Source: an uncultured Actinomycetes bacterium
Lineage (GTDB): Bacteria > Actinomycetota > Actinomycetes > S36-B12 > CAIYMF01
NCBI GenBank assembly: GCA_963843975.1
Contig: CAWJMG010000001.1
Location: forward strand, 60,001-92,000
DNA: 32,000 nucleotides
Direction of reading: 5' to 3'
The notes beneath the pieces are model-generated. The model was not told the origin of the DNA. It searched no databases and saw nothing but the letters and a program-made list of their open reading frames with translations. A program made the translations under genes and the position numbers. Positions 31,745 through 32,000 of this stretch are shown here, piece by piece. Position 1 is the stretch's first letter; each line of letters opens with the position of its first letter.

Positions 31745-32000
31745 GTGCACCGGGTGCGCCTCGTCATCGCCACGTGCTCCGTGGACTACGCGGGCCGTCT
31801 CACCGCCCACCTCCCGAGCGCCATGCGGCTGCTCCTGGTGAAGGCCGACGGCTCGGTGCTCGTGCACTCCGACGGCGGCTCGTACAAGCCGCTGAACTGG
31901 ATGAGCCCGCCCTGCTCCCTGGCCGTCGACGAGGCCGACGACGGCACGGGCACCTGGACCGTCACGAACAAGGCGGGCGAGAAGCTCGTCATCAGCATCG
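31745..32000 (+). CDS. nucS: endonuclease NucS/EndoMS (mismatch-specific), N-terminal 85 codons; continues past the right edge
   Basis: Absent from the ORF track because no stop lies in the window. My translation from GTG 31745 reads (M)[62 protein letters not shown]. It aligns with my memory of mycobacterial NucS ([26 protein letters not shown]...[11 protein letters not shown]). GTG 31754 is an alternative start. Confidence 0.9.
   Translation, partial: MHRVRLVIATCSVDYAGRLTAHLPSAMRLLLVKADGSVLVHSDGGSYKPLNWMSPPCSLAVDEADDGTGTWTVTNKAGEKLVISI

Noticed and set aside
29790-31841. 683-aa plus-strand ORF
   Set aside because: It is the antisense shadow of the tandem Hbd gene. It would also run across the hbd/nucS divergent promoter region.
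1-32000. CRISPR arrays, tRNA/rRNA genes, transposases, integrases, toxin-antitoxin pairs and known defence-system signatures
   Set aside because: I saw no regularly spaced direct repeats and no tRNA T-arm-like GGTTCGAATCC motif. No protein carried DDE, tyrosine- or serine-recombinase, Cas, or typical defence-nuclease motifs, apart from the DUF222-HNH gene already reported.

Overview
High-GC actinobacterial chromosomal window (hand counts of single 60-nt lines in glgB and ureC give about 73% GC). I support 29 protein-coding genes. No rRNA, tRNA, CRISPR array, transposase or integrase was seen. Two genes are missing from the ORF track because they run off the window edges: glgP (1-1532, minus) and nucS (31745-32000, plus). 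Most long ORFs in the track are antisense or out-of-frame shadows typical of high-GC DNA. The backbone is glgP / glgE-glgB ... thioredoxin-TPR ... thiolase / epimerase ... nucS. From memory this matches the Mycobacterium tuberculosis Rv1321-Rv1328 neighbourhood. Lineage-specific material sits between these anchors. Block 6.0-17.7 kb holds two exported proteins, a HelD/HelR-like RNAP-associated ATPase, two overlapping ATP-grasp ligases head-to-head with an orphan agmatine-deiminase-family gene, a CDF transporter, a DUF222-HNH (REP13E12-like) gene with an SOS-box-like promoter, a VOC protein and a lower-GC orphan gene. Block 18.7-23.9 kb holds a small membrane protein, TetR, a two-gene urease (fused gamma/beta plus alpha) with no ureDEFG, a lipoprotein and meaB. 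Block 25.7-31.6 kb holds ccr and a five-gene minus-strand operon ending in a tandem-duplicated 3-hydroxyacyl-CoA dehydrogenase. Best candidates for something undescribed: (1) the ATP-grasp pair plus guanidino-modifying enzyme; (2) a ~50-bp palindromic element present twice, 19.7 kb apart, with compensatory stem substitutions; (3) the accessory-less urease operon; (4) an apparent 1-nt frameshift 16 codons before the natural ccr stop; (5) the SOS-box-like leaderless promoter of the HNH gene. All family assignments come from motif recognition by eye and no database search was run.
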